64,000 bases of DNA from positions 1,088,001 to 1,152,000 of the forward strand of contig OZ255726.1 of assembly GCA_965277405.1 (NCBI GenBank). Direction: 5' to 3'. Positions 50,699-61,136 of this stretch are shown here, piece by piece (position 1 is the stretch's first letter; each line of letters starts with the position of its first letter). Position numbers and translations under genes: made by a program. Origin of the DNA: Gammaproteobacteria bacterium. GTDB lineage: Bacteria; Pseudomonadota; Gammaproteobacteria; G965277405. The notes below the pieces were generated by a model. That model was not told where the DNA came from. It ran no database searches and saw only the letters and a program-made list of their open reading frames with translations.

Positions 50699-51726
50699 GT
50701 AGTTTGCATGCGCTAAATGACGTTATTATTTCTCAACAGAACACTCTGGCTGTTCCAGCAATAGCAGATGCGCTTGTGGTTGTGAGCCACTTGCAAGATG
50801 TCCAACAATTGCCAGCCTTACAAGAGCGTCTGCAGTTGCCAATACTGCTGCTCGGTAGTGGGAGTAACGTGGTATTACCACAACGGTTGCATCGGCTAGT
50901 TGTTAAGTTGGCTGTTGGCAAAATGAGTGTTCACGCAGAAGATGATGCGTCGATCATCATTGATGTGGCAGCGGGCTATAACTGGCATCAACTCGTCTAC
51001 ACGGCGACACAACGCGGCTGGTTTGGTTTAGAGAAGTTAGCGCTTATTCCAGGGACTGTTGGTGCAGCTCCTTTGCAAAATATAGGCGCATATGGCGCAT
51101 CATTTAGTGATTGTTGTGTGGCGGTAGAATATTATGATTTGCAGCAGCAAACGTGGTGTTGGCGTGCTAGTGAGCGTTGTGAATTTGGATATAGAACGAG
51201 TTGGTTTGCCCACCAACGTCAGTTGATAGTTACTCAAGTCAGGTTGCGATTAGCTAAATTTGCAGCTGCTATTCAGCCTGAATATCAGCAGTTGCGAGAT
51301 AGGTGTGGTGACCAGCTTGCGCCGATGGATGTGTTGCATGCGGTCATTGCCTTGCGTACAAGAAAACTTCATGACCCGCAGCGCACCCCAAATGCTGGGA
51401 GTTTTTTTCACAATCCTGTTGTCGATGTGGCGATTGCAGAGAATATTTGCACTAGGTTTCCACAAATCAAATCACATGTTCGTCAACAACAAGTTGTTAT
51501 CCCTGCAGCTGCACTTATTGAACACGCTGGTCTCAAAGGTTTTTGCGATAGTGTGTACAATGGTGCTGCAGTGTCGGGGCGACACGCGCTGTGTCTTATC
51601 AATTGTGGCCATGCAACAGGGAATGATTTTTTGCGACTTGCCAAGCACATCCAGCGCACAGTATTGGCGCAATTTGGGGTATTGTTGACGATAGAACCGC
51701 AGGTAATTCAGCCCGTCCAACAATGA
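50695..51726 (+). CDS. murB: UDP-N-acetylenolpyruvoylglucosamine reductase
   Basis: GSGSNV, IPGTVGAAP.QNIGAYG, FGYRTS, NAGSFF.NP; GTG start overlapping hemB stop. Confidence 0.93.
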   Translation: MSSLHALNDVIISQQNTLAVPAIADALVVVSHLQDVQQLPALQERLQLPILLLGSGSNVVLPQRLHRLVVKLAVGKMSVHAEDDASIIIDVAAGYNWHQLVYTATQRGWFGLEKLALIPGTVGAAPLQNIGAYGASFSDCCVAVEYYDLQQQTWCWRASERCEFGYRTSWFAHQRQLIVTQVRLRLAKFAAAIQPEYQQLRDRCGDQLAPMDVLHAVIALRTRKLHDPQRTPNAGSFFHNPVVDVAIAENICTRFPQIKSHVRQQQVVIPAAALIEHAGLKGFCDSVYNGAAVSGRHALCLINCGHATGNDFLRLAKHIQRTVLAQFGVLLTIEPQVIQPVQQ

Positions 51727-51754
51727 TGTAATCATAGGAGTAGCAGCAGATAAT

Positions 51755-52933
51755 ATGGCAGTATCGATACCAGCTTTTCCAGAGTTCTACACACATGAGT
51801 TTCGTACAGTTGTGGCAGCAACGCATGTGCGGTATGCCAATCGTGACGATATGGTTATGATTGAATTACCCGATACTGCAACGATTGCTGGGGTATTTAC
51901 GCTTAACGCATTTGCCGCGGCACCTGTTAAGATATGTCGCAATCATATGCAGCGAGCAACAGCAAAATACCTCATCGTCAACTCTGGTAATGCGAATGCT
52001 GCCACAGGCGCCCAAGGGCTTGTCGCTGCGCAGGAGATTTTACAGCACTATGCCATTATGCTTGGATGTCATATTGAGCAAATCCTGCCGTTCTCTACAG
52101 GTGTGATTGGTGAGCAGTTGCCTATTGAGAAACTCAAACGTGGGTTTTCGTTGCCTATCGATTGGCGGCATAATGCTTGGCTACGCGCGACGCAGGCGAT
52201 GATGACGACTGATACCCAAGCCAAAGCCGTATATTTACGCGATGGTGGTGTATATATTGCGGGAATTATAAAAGGGTCTGGCATGATTGAGCCACATATG
52301 GCAACCATGTTGGGGTTTTTATTTACAAATATGACCGTAAATCAAGCAGATCTGCAGCAATTGCTGACGGAGGTTGTCGATGTTACTTTTCATTGTTTGA
52401 CAATAGACAGTGATACATCAACAAATGATAGTGTGATGCTTAGTGCAAGCAATACACAGCACATCAGTATGTCAAGGTTTTCCGTATTGCTCGAGCGTGC
52501 TTGTAGTCAATTGGCACAAATGGTGGCGCGAGATGGCGAAGGCGCGAGCAAGTTTATAACTGTGCAAGTATACGGTGAGGCACACCAGCAAGCTCGCAGT
52601 ATTGGCAAAGCAGTGGCGAATTCACCATTAGTAAAAACTGCGCTGTTTGCTAGCGACCCGAATTGGGGAAGAATTATTATGGCCGTTGGCAAAGCTGGTG
52701 TGAATATCGACCAACGCTTGGTAGATATTTGGATAAATAATGCCTGTGTTGTCACAGCTGGCATGCAGGCAGCAAGCTATAGTGAAGCTATCGGTCAAAA
52801 GTTGTTACAGCAAGAAGACATTACCATTGATATTTATATGCGAGGCAAAGGAACCCAGCCCCCGAGCGCGCGTATTTGGACATGCGATTTGTCTCATGAA
52901 TACGTACGGATAAATGCTGAGTACCGCAGCTAG
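51755..52933 (+). CDS. argJ: Ornithine acetyltransferase / N-acetylglutamate synthase
   Basis: NSGNANA.TG, KGSGMIEP.MATML, DSDTSTND, RDGEGA, DPNWGR. Confidence 0.95.
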   Translation: MAVSIPAFPEFYTHEFRTVVAATHVRYANRDDMVMIELPDTATIAGVFTLNAFAAAPVKICRNHMQRATAKYLIVNSGNANAATGAQGLVAAQEILQHYAIMLGCHIEQILPFSTGVIGEQLPIEKLKRGFSLPIDWRHNAWLRATQAMMTTDTQAKAVYLRDGGVYIAGIIKGSGMIEPHMATMLGFLFTNMTVNQADLQQLLTEVVDVTFHCLTIDSDTSTNDSVMLSASNTQHISMSRFSVLLERACSQLAQMVARDGEGASKFITVQVYGEAHQQARSIGKAVANSPLVKTALFASDPNWGRIIMAVGKAGVNIDQRLVDIWINNACVVTAGMQAASYSEAIGQKLLQQEDITIDIYMRGKGTQPPSARIWTCDLSHEYVRINAEYRS

Positions 52934-52966
52934 TATGTTGCATAGCCTCAAGCGTGTTCTTTTCCC

Positions 52967-55543
52967 ATGAGCACATTCTCGCTGAGCAATCATACGCCGA
53001 TGATGCAGCAGTATTTGTCGATAAAAGCCGCGCACCCCGATACGCTGTTGTTGTATCGCATGGGCGATTTCTACGAGCTATTCTTTGAAGATGCACAACG
53101 TGCCGCTGATTTGCTTGGGATTACCTTAACCCATCGCGGCAAATCGAATGGCAAACCTATTCCGATGGCTGGCGTTCCGTTTCATGCTATCGATCGATAT
53201 TTAAGCACCCTAGTAAAACTCGGTGAAACAGTGGCAATTTGCGAGCAAATTGGTAGTCCTGGCAACAGCAAAGGCCCTGTTGAGCGTAAGGTTGTGCGCA
53301 TAATTACTCCAGGAACCTTGACTGACGAGAGTTTGTTAGAAGCGCACCAACGCAATGTTTTGGTTGCAATATATCCGTATGGTGACACGCAATCTGCTTG
53401 GGGTTTGGCGAGTATTGCGTTGAGTGAAGGGGTTATTTTTGTGATGCATACCAGTGATCTTGTCAATGAACTGGCACGTATTAAGCCTGTCGAAATCTTG
53501 TATCCAGAAGAAGCGAAAATTGATAGCAATTGGTACGCTGCATCATGGAAAAAACTGCACCAGTGGCATTTTGATGGAAATCAAGCCGTTGCTGAGCTAA
53601 GCAAACATTTCGGGGTTGCCGACTTGCATTCATTTGGGTGCTTGGAGGTGCCACAAGCATTGGTTGCATGCGGTGCGCTGTGGTTTTATATTGTTGATAC
53701 ACAACGCCACGAAATATCCCATATCCACGATATTGTTGTCGAACAAACTAATGCGTATGTTTTGCTCGATGCAGCAACGCGGCGTAACTTAGAAATTGAC
53801 GTGAATTTGCGCGGTGGCAGTGCAGCAACCTTGGTCGGCGTCGTTGATAAAACTGTAACAGGAATGGGTGCACGGCTATTACGCCAATGGCTGCACCAAC
53901 CATTACGAGATCAACAACAAGTAACTGCAAGACATCAGGCTGTAGGCGCATTGATAGCCCAACAATGGTCTGGAGATGTTCGTGCAGAAATGCGAAAATG
54001 TGGCGATATCGAGCGGATTTGTGCACGCCTTGCGTTGGCAACCATCCGTCCGCGTGACTTTTTAAAACTCGCTGAGTCGTTGGCTGTTTTACCCGAGTTG
54101 ATCGCAGTATTCGATGCATCACCTCCAGGCTTATTGGGCGATGTCATCAACCAAATTGATGTTTTGGAAAAATTAACGGTATTACTGCATTCAGCAATAG
54201 ATACGCATACACCAATGTTGTTGCGTGATGGTGGCGTGATCGCCACCGGGTATGACCGGGATTTGGACGGGTTGCGTAATCTGAGCGCAAATACCAATGA
54301 ATACCTTGCCAAATATGAATTGCGCGAAAAGCAGCGGACCGGCATCCAAACATTGAAGGTGGGCTATAATTCTGTGCATGGGTATTATATTGAAATTGGT
54401 AAGGCACAACAAGCAGCAATCCCAGATGATTATCGCCGGCGGCAGACACTAAAAAATTATGAGCGATACATCACTCCAGAGCTTAAGGAATATGAAGATA
54501 AGATTGTAGGTGCGAGTCAACGGGCGTTGCAACGCGAAAAAGAGCTGTATACCCAGCTGATTGAGCGCAGTTTATCAGATTTAACTGCGCTACAGAGCAA
54601 TGCGCGGGTGATCGCGGTGCTCGATGTTCTAGCAAGTTTTGCTGTATGTGCTGAAGAGAAACAATGGGCATGTCCAGAAATGACGGTTGCTGGACAGGTT
54701 ACTATTCGTCAAGGGCGCCACCCTGTAGTTGAAGCACAACTTGGCAAAACATTTGTAGCCAATGATTGCGTGTTACACCAGAAAGAAAAAATGTGGTTGA
54801 TTACTGGTCCCAATATGGGAGGAAAATCAACATTTATGCGGCAAGTGGCAGTGACTGTGCTGTTGGCATATTGTGGTTGTTGGGTTCCTGCTAGTTCAGC
54901 AACAATTGGTCCGATCGATAGAATCTTCACGCGGATAGGTGCGGCTGATGATTTGGCTGGTGGGCGTTCTACGTTCATGGTGGAAATGATTGAGTCAGCA
55001 GAGATTTTGCGTCATGCTACCCGCGATAGTTTAGTGTTGCTCGATGAAATTGGCCGCGGCACGAGTACCTTTGACGGGCTCGCGTTGGCATGGTCCATTG
55101 CTAGCCACATTGCCAACTCTATACAGGCGTATGCCTTATTTGCGACCCATTATTTTGAATTGACGCAATTGCCAACTATTGCCCCAACTGTAGTAAACAT
55201 GCACGTAGCGGCTAAAGAGCATAAAGATCAAATTATCTTTTTGTATCAATTACGCCAAGGACCAGCTGGGCAAAGTTACGGGCTGCAAGTCGCAAAACTG
55301 GCTGGTATTCCAGCCGTTGTCGTCAAAGAAGCCAAGCAGTACTTGCAAGTTTTGCAACAATCACAGCCAGCAAATGAAACGATGTCTACTGTAGATTATG
55401 TTGATGATACAGTAGCTGAACCGGCGGCAATTGCTGCGTTGATTGCTGAGCTGGCATTGACAAGTCCAGATACATTGACTCCAAAACAAGCACATGATTT
55501 GCTGTACACATTGCAACAGCGAGCACTGCGTTGTATTGAGTAA
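52967..55543 (+). CDS. mutS: DNA mismatch repair protein MutS
   Basis: [35 protein letters not shown]. Confidence 0.97.
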   Translation: MSTFSLSNHTPMMQQYLSIKAAHPDTLLLYRMGDFYELFFEDAQRAADLLGITLTHRGKSNGKPIPMAGVPFHAIDRYLSTLVKLGETVAICEQIGSPGNSKGPVERKVVRIITPGTLTDESLLEAHQRNVLVAIYPYGDTQSAWGLASIALSEGVIFVMHTSDLVNELARIKPVEILYPEEAKIDSNWYAASWKKLHQWHFDGNQAVAELSKHFGVADLHSFGCLEVPQALVACGALWFYIVDTQRHEISHIHDIVVEQTNAYVLLDAATRRNLEIDVNLRGGSAATLVGVVDKTVTGMGARLLRQWLHQPLRDQQQVTARHQAVGALIAQQWSGDVRAEMRKCGDIERICARLALATIRPRDFLKLAESLAVLPELIAVFDASPPGLLGDVINQIDVLEKLTVLLHSAIDTHTPMLLRDGGVIATGYDRDLDGLRNLSANTNEYLAKYELREKQRTGIQTLKVGYNSVHGYYIEIGKAQQAAIPDDYRRRQTLKNYERYITPELKEYEDKIVGASQRALQREKELYTQLIERSLSDLTALQSNARVIAVLDVLASFAVCAEEKQWACPEMTVAGQVTIRQGRHPVVEAQLGKTFVANDCVLHQKEKMWLITGPNMGGKSTFMRQVAVTVLLAYCGCWVPASSATIGPIDRIFTRIGAADDLAGGRSTFMVEMIESAEILRHATRDSLVLLDEIGRGTSTFDGLALAWSIASHIANSIQAYALFATHYFELTQLPTIAPTVVNMHVAAKEHKDQIIFLYQLRQGPAGQSYGLQVAKLAGIPAVVVKEAKQYLQVLQQSQPANETMSTVDYVDDTVAEPAAIAALIAELALTSPDTLTPKQAHDLLYTLQQRALRCIE

Positions 55544-55552
55544 AACTGTTAT

Positions 55553-55858
55553 GAACCCTCTGATTAATTCCATGATGGCCGAGACGAAAAAAAACGCTGA
55601 TGACACTTAAGCGCAGCACTTGATAATACTGGTGGTCTTGTGGGTGTTGTCAAGTACTGCAACGACGTTGGCGCAGCGTTTTTTCCCGGAGTTGTGTTGA
55701 ATATACTTTGGGTTTGCGGCAATTGCTTACGCTTGCTGTGTTGCATCCATTGGCGGATATGCTACAGCATGCGCCTGCGGAATGCTCGCGGTTTGCGCCT
55801 TGCGATCATCAGCAATTGCAGGCAAACTCGTTCCATCAGCGAGTTAACCAGAGCTCCC
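55553..55858 (+). mobile_element. MITE copy 7 (306 bp) with perfect TTAT target duplication
   Basis: TTAT|GAACCCTCTGATTAAT...GTTAACCAGAGCTCCC|TTAT. Confidence 0.93.
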
Positions 55859-57190
55859 TTATGCTCCTATAGTAAAACCATGAATCAGTATTGAACCTGT
55901 ATGGATGGAGCTACGAGTGTCGATATCATTACCATGTGCTTGGATGCCCGCAAAGATATCAATCAAATTTGCAGCCAAGGTGATCTCTTCGACAGCATGC
56001 GTGATTTTCCCTGCGGAAATCCATTTGCCACTCGCGCCAAAAGAAATATCACCAGTGAGCGTGTTGGCACCTTGACCCATGATATCCGTACATAAAAAAC
56101 CTGTGTGACATTGCTCCACGAGGGCGTCGAAGTTTGTTATGTGGTCACTTTCAATTGAAATAACACCAATATAACCGCCGTTACCAGTTGGTTTGGTGTT
56201 GCATTTGCGTGCATACACGATGTTAAATAAAAACTGTTTGAGGATGCCGTTTTCAATAATAGTTTTGTCTTGCGTGGCGATGCCATCTTGATCGTACCAT
56301 GCGCTCCCGCTGATGCCACGCTGGTGGCATTGTTCGTGAACCTGTAGCCATGGTGGAAATATTTGTTTGCCAATTTTATCGATTAAAAAACTAGATTGTT
56401 TGAATAGATGTTTGCCATGACAGGCGCTCAGTAGTTGCCGCCAAACCATCTGTGCTACATCAGCATGCAGCAGCACAGGGTATGTGCCAGATGTTATTGT
56501 ATGCGGTTGCAGTTTATCTAGCGCCTTATGCGCCGCATTGGTTGCGATAGCACTGCTGAATGGCATTTTAGTAACGTCGTGGTGCGTCACATAGTCGTAG
56601 GCAATTTGCTTTTTACCCGCGCTTGCAGCAATAACTGCACAAGAGGCTGAATATTGTGTTTGTTGCGTTTGTTGTGCCCAGCCGTGGCTGTTAAAAATCA
56701 TTGTGGACTCGTTAGACTGGCTAAATGTACATTGCTCAACGCTAATACGATTATCGACGTTTGTAGCTGTACGTTCTAGTTGATTGCAGTAATCAATAGC
56801 TTGTGATGTAGACAAAGACGCAGGGTGATACAAGTCAAAGGAATTGTTGTGTATATCACGTTGTTTGGCTAAATACGTAAGTTCAGGTAACGCATAGTGG
56901 TGGTCTGCTTGGTTAAGTTCGGCTTGGCGGATGGTTTGCAGCAACAACGAATGCAGCGTATCAGCATCAATTTGATTGCTGTGTGAAACACTATGTCGAC
57001 CATCACTAATAACCGTAACCGCAACAGCATATTCGTCAAAATCTTCCAGCTGTTCCAGTTGCAGATTTCTGGTTTCAATGTTTGTTCCACATTCATGGGA
57101 AATCACGATTTGGCATTGAACACCATGTTCATTGGCAAGAGCGATAGTTTTCTCTGAGTTACTAATGATAGTTGCAATAGTATGATGCAT
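55859..57190 (-). CDS. pmbA: PmbA/TldE metalloprotease subunit
   Basis: SSFL...G..IFP, D.DG, TGNGG, MGQG.N..TGD.S.GA.G, EITLA.NL. Confidence 0.88.
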   Translation of the reverse strand: MHHTIATIISNSEKTIALANEHGVQCQIVISHECGTNIETRNLQLEQLEDFDEYAVAVTVISDGRHSVSHSNQIDADTLHSLLLQTIRQAELNQADHHYALPELTYLAKQRDIHNNSFDLYHPASLSTSQAIDYCNQLERTATNVDNRISVEQCTFSQSNESTMIFNSHGWAQQTQQTQYSASCAVIAASAGKKQIAYDYVTHHDVTKMPFSSAIATNAAHKALDKLQPHTITSGTYPVLLHADVAQMVWRQLLSACHGKHLFKQSSFLIDKIGKQIFPPWLQVHEQCHQRGISGSAWYDQDGIATQDKTIIENGILKQFLFNIVYARKCNTKPTGNGGYIGVISIESDHITNFDALVEQCHTGFLCTDIMGQGANTLTGDISFGASGKWISAGKITHAVEEITLAANLIDIFAGIQAHGNDIDTRSSIHTGSILIHGFTIGA

Positions 57191-57522
57191 GGTGATTTGC
57201 GAAGTCTAGTGGGGAAATAAGTTTGCGGATAAATTGTACTGATTGTAAGGTGAATTCACAAGCAGGTATTGGGCTGCGTTGTTTGCAACTAAACAACCTT
57301 CACGTTTACTACTCCTAACAACCGCTGTAACCCATTGTAATTTATTTATAAATAGGATATAAAAGAGAGTAAGAGTTGCGCTATGGACGAATTGGCAATT
57401 ATATGTTACTCAGCAACTGCCAATAAATAACATAATAATGTAACTATCGCATTACTAAATATAACAAGACGATAACTATATATACGACCATCGCATTTTA
57501 GGACCACTACGAATCTTGTTTC

Positions 57523-58227
57523 ATGCGACTAAACTATAAATTTCAACATGCCGTGCTGCATGGCATAGCTGATAAATTACGTAATGTTCGACTGTTTGCT
57601 ATAATAAGCGCAGGTTTTTTGGGATTGGTTTCAGGTTGTTCATTGCTTGGTCTTGCTGATGGTGCGGAAAATACGACGCCTGCTGACTCGTTGGCTCAAT
57701 TATTAGGTAATCAGCTCGGCCAACAAAAAACCAATCAACGGGTTTCAGCTGCTTCTATATATGGTGAGAAAGGCATTATTTTATATGATCCTTTAGGGAA
57801 TGGTACGGATTTCGTGTTGGACCCATCTGGGCGGATTGTGAAATCTGATTTAGACGCGGCAGAAACAGGATTAGAAATTAACGATTTGGAACGACGTTTT
57901 TTTCGTTCCAACAAGCATCTGATTGATGCCGAAAGTTTATTTTATTCTGGTTTGTACGAAGAAGCACTCAACGAAACAAAAGCATCAATTGAGCTTACTC
58001 CGCGTTCAGCAAAAGCTTATGCAATAAAAGGTTCATTGGAATATAAGCTTGGGCGGCTAGAGCGTGCTAGAGCAGCTTGGATGGTTGCATTAAAGCTTGA
58101 CCCAAAGATGAAAAGCGTGTCACGCGCCCTCTATTTAACTTCTATTCCTGATGCAAATCAAAGAATAGCTGCAACAAGTGGCAGCACGGATAGCGCAGTA
58201 GTAGTTGGTGGGGGCACAGAACAGTAA
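57523..58227 (+). CDS. TPR-repeat lipoprotein
   Basis: Lipobox VSGC; TPR pairs AESLFYSGLYEEAL...LTP / AYAIKGSLEYKLG...ALKLDP. Confidence 0.75.
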   Translation: MRLNYKFQHAVLHGIADKLRNVRLFAIISAGFLGLVSGCSLLGLADGAENTTPADSLAQLLGNQLGQQKTNQRVSAASIYGEKGIILYDPLGNGTDFVLDPSGRIVKSDLDAAETGLEINDLERRFFRSNKHLIDAESLFYSGLYEEALNETKASIELTPRSAKAYAIKGSLEYKLGRLERARAAWMVALKLDPKMKSVSRALYLTSIPDANQRIAATSGSTDSAVVVGGGTEQ

Positions 58228-58332
58228 TAATAATGAAAAATAATATTGCAGAGCATCCGTACATCTTATTCGGAAAGAGTCCGTGAATCTCATGCTTGAT
58301 CAACTCCGTTTTTTATTATGGGCTGTAATATA

Positions 58333-60330
58333 ATGCCTCAAAATATACTGGCAATATTCATTGGCGTAGTGGTAATGCTCTCAGGTCAAGCATGGGCTGT
58401 AATTATTGATGTGGAAAATCCAGCTGTTGACGAGGTGTTTTTTGAAAAAGAAATGGAAAGCAGGCTTTCTCGTGATATTCAAGCATATCTTGGACATGAT
58501 AGGTTTATTTTAGGTATTGATTTTAAGCTTTCTTCGTTTGCAGGCTTCGGGAGGCAAGGTAGCGATGCTGGTGATAGCGATGCTGGTGATAGAGTGGTTG
58601 TTCGTGAAATAACAACGTCATTGCCTGGTTTACCTGGTGCAGAAGTAAAATTTCAAAAAGAATTAACGGGTGAAGATATTAATAATTTGCGGGAAAATCT
58701 GCGCTTAGATGAAAGCTCGCTGGGGTCTAGAAGTCCGCTAAGCTCTGTGCTACAGCCAAGCACACAAAGTGCTAATGCGCTTGCAGGAACTGGAACTGAA
58801 GTGTTTCTTGTGTTAGATACTACGGTGACAACGGCGCAGGAAAACTTTATCCGCGATGTAATGTCTAGAAAGTTGAGTATAGATCTAAACAAAGGTGATA
58901 GTATTCAAATCGTTCGATCTACTTTTGAACGTGAAAGTAATAGTTCAAATACGAGCAATCAACAGCCTAATCAATTTGGAGAAAATCCTGCGCAGCAACC
59001 GCCATTATCTGGAAATCAAGTCCCCGTTGCAGGTGCAGGCGCACCAACTACTGACTCGGGAAATGTAAGTGATTCAGTAACTGATCCAACTTTGTTGCAA
59101 AAAATCAATGAACTTGAACAGGGGTTGAAGAAAGATTTTATTGAGAAAAATTTAGTTTGGATTTTACTCGGTGGCTTTGGTTTTTTATTGTTTTTTAGTC
59201 TGATATTGTTTTTGGCATCACGCAAACCGGCGCAATCAATGATGCCAGCGTATCCGCCGATGGCGCCGCCGCAAAGTCCTAGAACAGGCGCTAGTAATGC
59301 CGAAAAAAATAATGTTGATCAAATTGAGATTGAGGGAATGCGTCATCGTGCGGTAGTGGCAGAAACTAAACGTGAGATTGCAGCGATAGGTTTAGCATCG
59401 CCCAATATTGTAAAACAAGAAATGAACAATCTGTGGGCACAAAACCGCATGGATACGATTGCTGCTGTATATACTGGTCTTGGAAATTCAATTTATGAGT
59501 CATTGTTTGGTGGACTGTCTGCATCTCAATCTTCAGAAATTAGTGCGTATTTATCAGAACGTGAAATCACATCGACACAATTAGAGGCACAAGTTAAAGA
59601 TTTTTATTCTCGATCATTACGTGCTGCGAACGACCCTGATGGTAAGCATAAGTCGCATTCATTTGCATTCTTAAATAAAATGAGAATAGGGTCGCTGCAA
59701 TTCTTGTTAAAAAATGAAAAACCACGGGTCAAAGCCTTGGTTATTTCACAGCTTGAAAATGAAAAGGCAACGACTGTATTAAATAGTTTTGAGGATAAAG
59801 ATCGAAGTAAAGTTGTTCATGAATTAGCTCAATTTGAAGACTTTCCGTATGAGACATTTAATGAAGTTGCGCAATTATTGGTTAGAAAAGCTAAAAAAAT
59901 TCCTGCTGTTAATAATGTTGGGGCAAATGGTATAAATATTTTAATTAATTTATTGGATAATATGGATAGCAGTGATGAAAGTCGCTTAATTGAAGAATTG
60001 CAAAATATGGATCCTGAGTTACACGATAAGCTTAAAACATTGTATTTTACTTTTAATGATCTAAGTAAAGCGCCGCTGCGTGTTATGGGTGAAGCGCTAC
60101 TAGAAGTTGATAAAAGCACTATCGCTATAGCGTTAATGCAAGCATCTGATGTTATTAGAAAACGTGTTTTAAGCAGTATGCCTAAGCGTGTTTCCCAGAC
60201 TATTGAGGTTGAAATAAAAGAAATACAAGACACTATTAAAAACGAACAGATTCAGTCTGCTCGAAAAGTGTTGTTACGCAGTATGCGTGCTTTAGTACGC
60301 AATGGTAAAATTGATATGAGTAAAATCTAA
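58333..60330 (+). CDS. FliF-like ring domain-TM-FliG(M/C) fusion protein
   Basis: Signal peptide (AWA), KGDSIQIVRSTF (FliF C-terminal ring motif), TM at ~59152-59217, EKPR (EHPQ-like), YFTFNDL (MFxF-like), FliG torque helix SMPKRVSQTIEVEI. Confidence 0.8.
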   Translation: MPQNILAIFIGVVVMLSGQAWAVIIDVENPAVDEVFFEKEMESRLSRDIQAYLGHDRFILGIDFKLSSFAGFGRQGSDAGDSDAGDRVVVREITTSLPGLPGAEVKFQKELTGEDINNLRENLRLDESSLGSRSPLSSVLQPSTQSANALAGTGTEVFLVLDTTVTTAQENFIRDVMSRKLSIDLNKGDSIQIVRSTFERESNSSNTSNQQPNQFGENPAQQPPLSGNQVPVAGAGAPTTDSGNVSDSVTDPTLLQKINELEQGLKKDFIEKNLVWILLGGFGFLLFFSLILFLASRKPAQSMMPAYPPMAPPQSPRTGASNAEKNNVDQIEIEGMRHRAVVAETKREIAAIGLASPNIVKQEMNNLWAQNRMDTIAAVYTGLGNSIYESLFGGLSASQSSEISAYLSEREITSTQLEAQVKDFYSRSLRAANDPDGKHKSHSFAFLNKMRIGSLQFLLKNEKPRVKALVISQLENEKATTVLNSFEDKDRSKVVHELAQFEDFPYETFNEVAQLLVRKAKKIPAVNNVGANGINILINLLDNMDSSDESRLIEELQNMDPELHDKLKTLYFTFNDLSKAPLRVMGEALLEVDKSTIAIALMQASDVIRKRVLSSMPKRVSQTIEVEIKEIQDTIKNEQIQSARKVLLRSMRALVRNGKIDMSKI

Positions 60331-60341
60331 GACTATTTTGC

Positions 60342-61133
60342 ATGCCATCCTTCGGAACAATTGGTGGCTTTATAGCAGGGATTGTACTGTTCACAACTGC
60401 TGTTAGCCAAGCCACTGATGATTATATTATATTCCTAAGCGTCCCCAGCGTACTTTTAGTCGTTGGCGGTACGATTTCCGCAACATTTTTAAGTTTTGAG
60501 GTTAGGGATATTTTTAGTGCGTTTTTTGGTATGTTTTTTTTGTTTTTTAAGAAAAATAATGAGAAAGGTTTTAGAAAAGATATAAAGATGCTATTAGATT
60601 TTGCTAAAATACAACGAACAGAAGGAATGCTGCAAATTGAAATGCAACTTACAAGAACGCAACGTAAAGATGTTTTTATTAGCTTTGCTGTTGATTTACT
60701 ATTGAGTAATTATCGTCCGGCTGAGATACGGTCAATGTTAACGGATATGGTATTAGCAAATTTTGATAAAGGTAACCTCAAGGCCTCTGTCATGCGTACA
60801 ATGGGTGCGTATTCGCCTGCTTTTGGAATGATAGGTACGTTAATTGGTCTTATTATTATTCTCAGTGGATTCGGTGGAGATATATCACAACTAGGCGCTG
60901 GGCTTTCACTGGCGCTTATTTCCACCTTATATGGCGTTTTATTAGCCAATTTCACGTATTATCCTGCCGCAGAAAAATTCGCTAGAAATACTGATTTGCA
61001 ACATTTTCGTGAAAAAATTTTATTAGAAGGCTTTGTGTTGATTGCTGCAAGAAAAGGAGCGTTGGCTATACAGGATAAATTAAATAGCTTGTTAACGCCT
61101 GAATTACGCTACAAAATTAACAGTAGTCAATAA
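60342..61133 (+). CDS. motA: MotA/PomA-family stator A subunit
   Basis: PS.L.V.GGT, QRTEGMLQIE, PAFGMIGTLIGL, ALISTLYGVLLAN...P. Confidence 0.9.
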   Translation: MPSFGTIGGFIAGIVLFTTAVSQATDDYIIFLSVPSVLLVVGGTISATFLSFEVRDIFSAFFGMFFLFFKKNNEKGFRKDIKMLLDFAKIQRTEGMLQIEMQLTRTQRKDVFISFAVDLLLSNYRPAEIRSMLTDMVLANFDKGNLKASVMRTMGAYSPAFGMIGTLIGLIIILSGFGGDISQLGAGLSLALISTLYGVLLANFTYYPAAEKFARNTDLQHFREKILLEGFVLIAARKGALAIQDKLNSLLTPELRYKINSSQ

Positions 61134-61136
61134 GTC

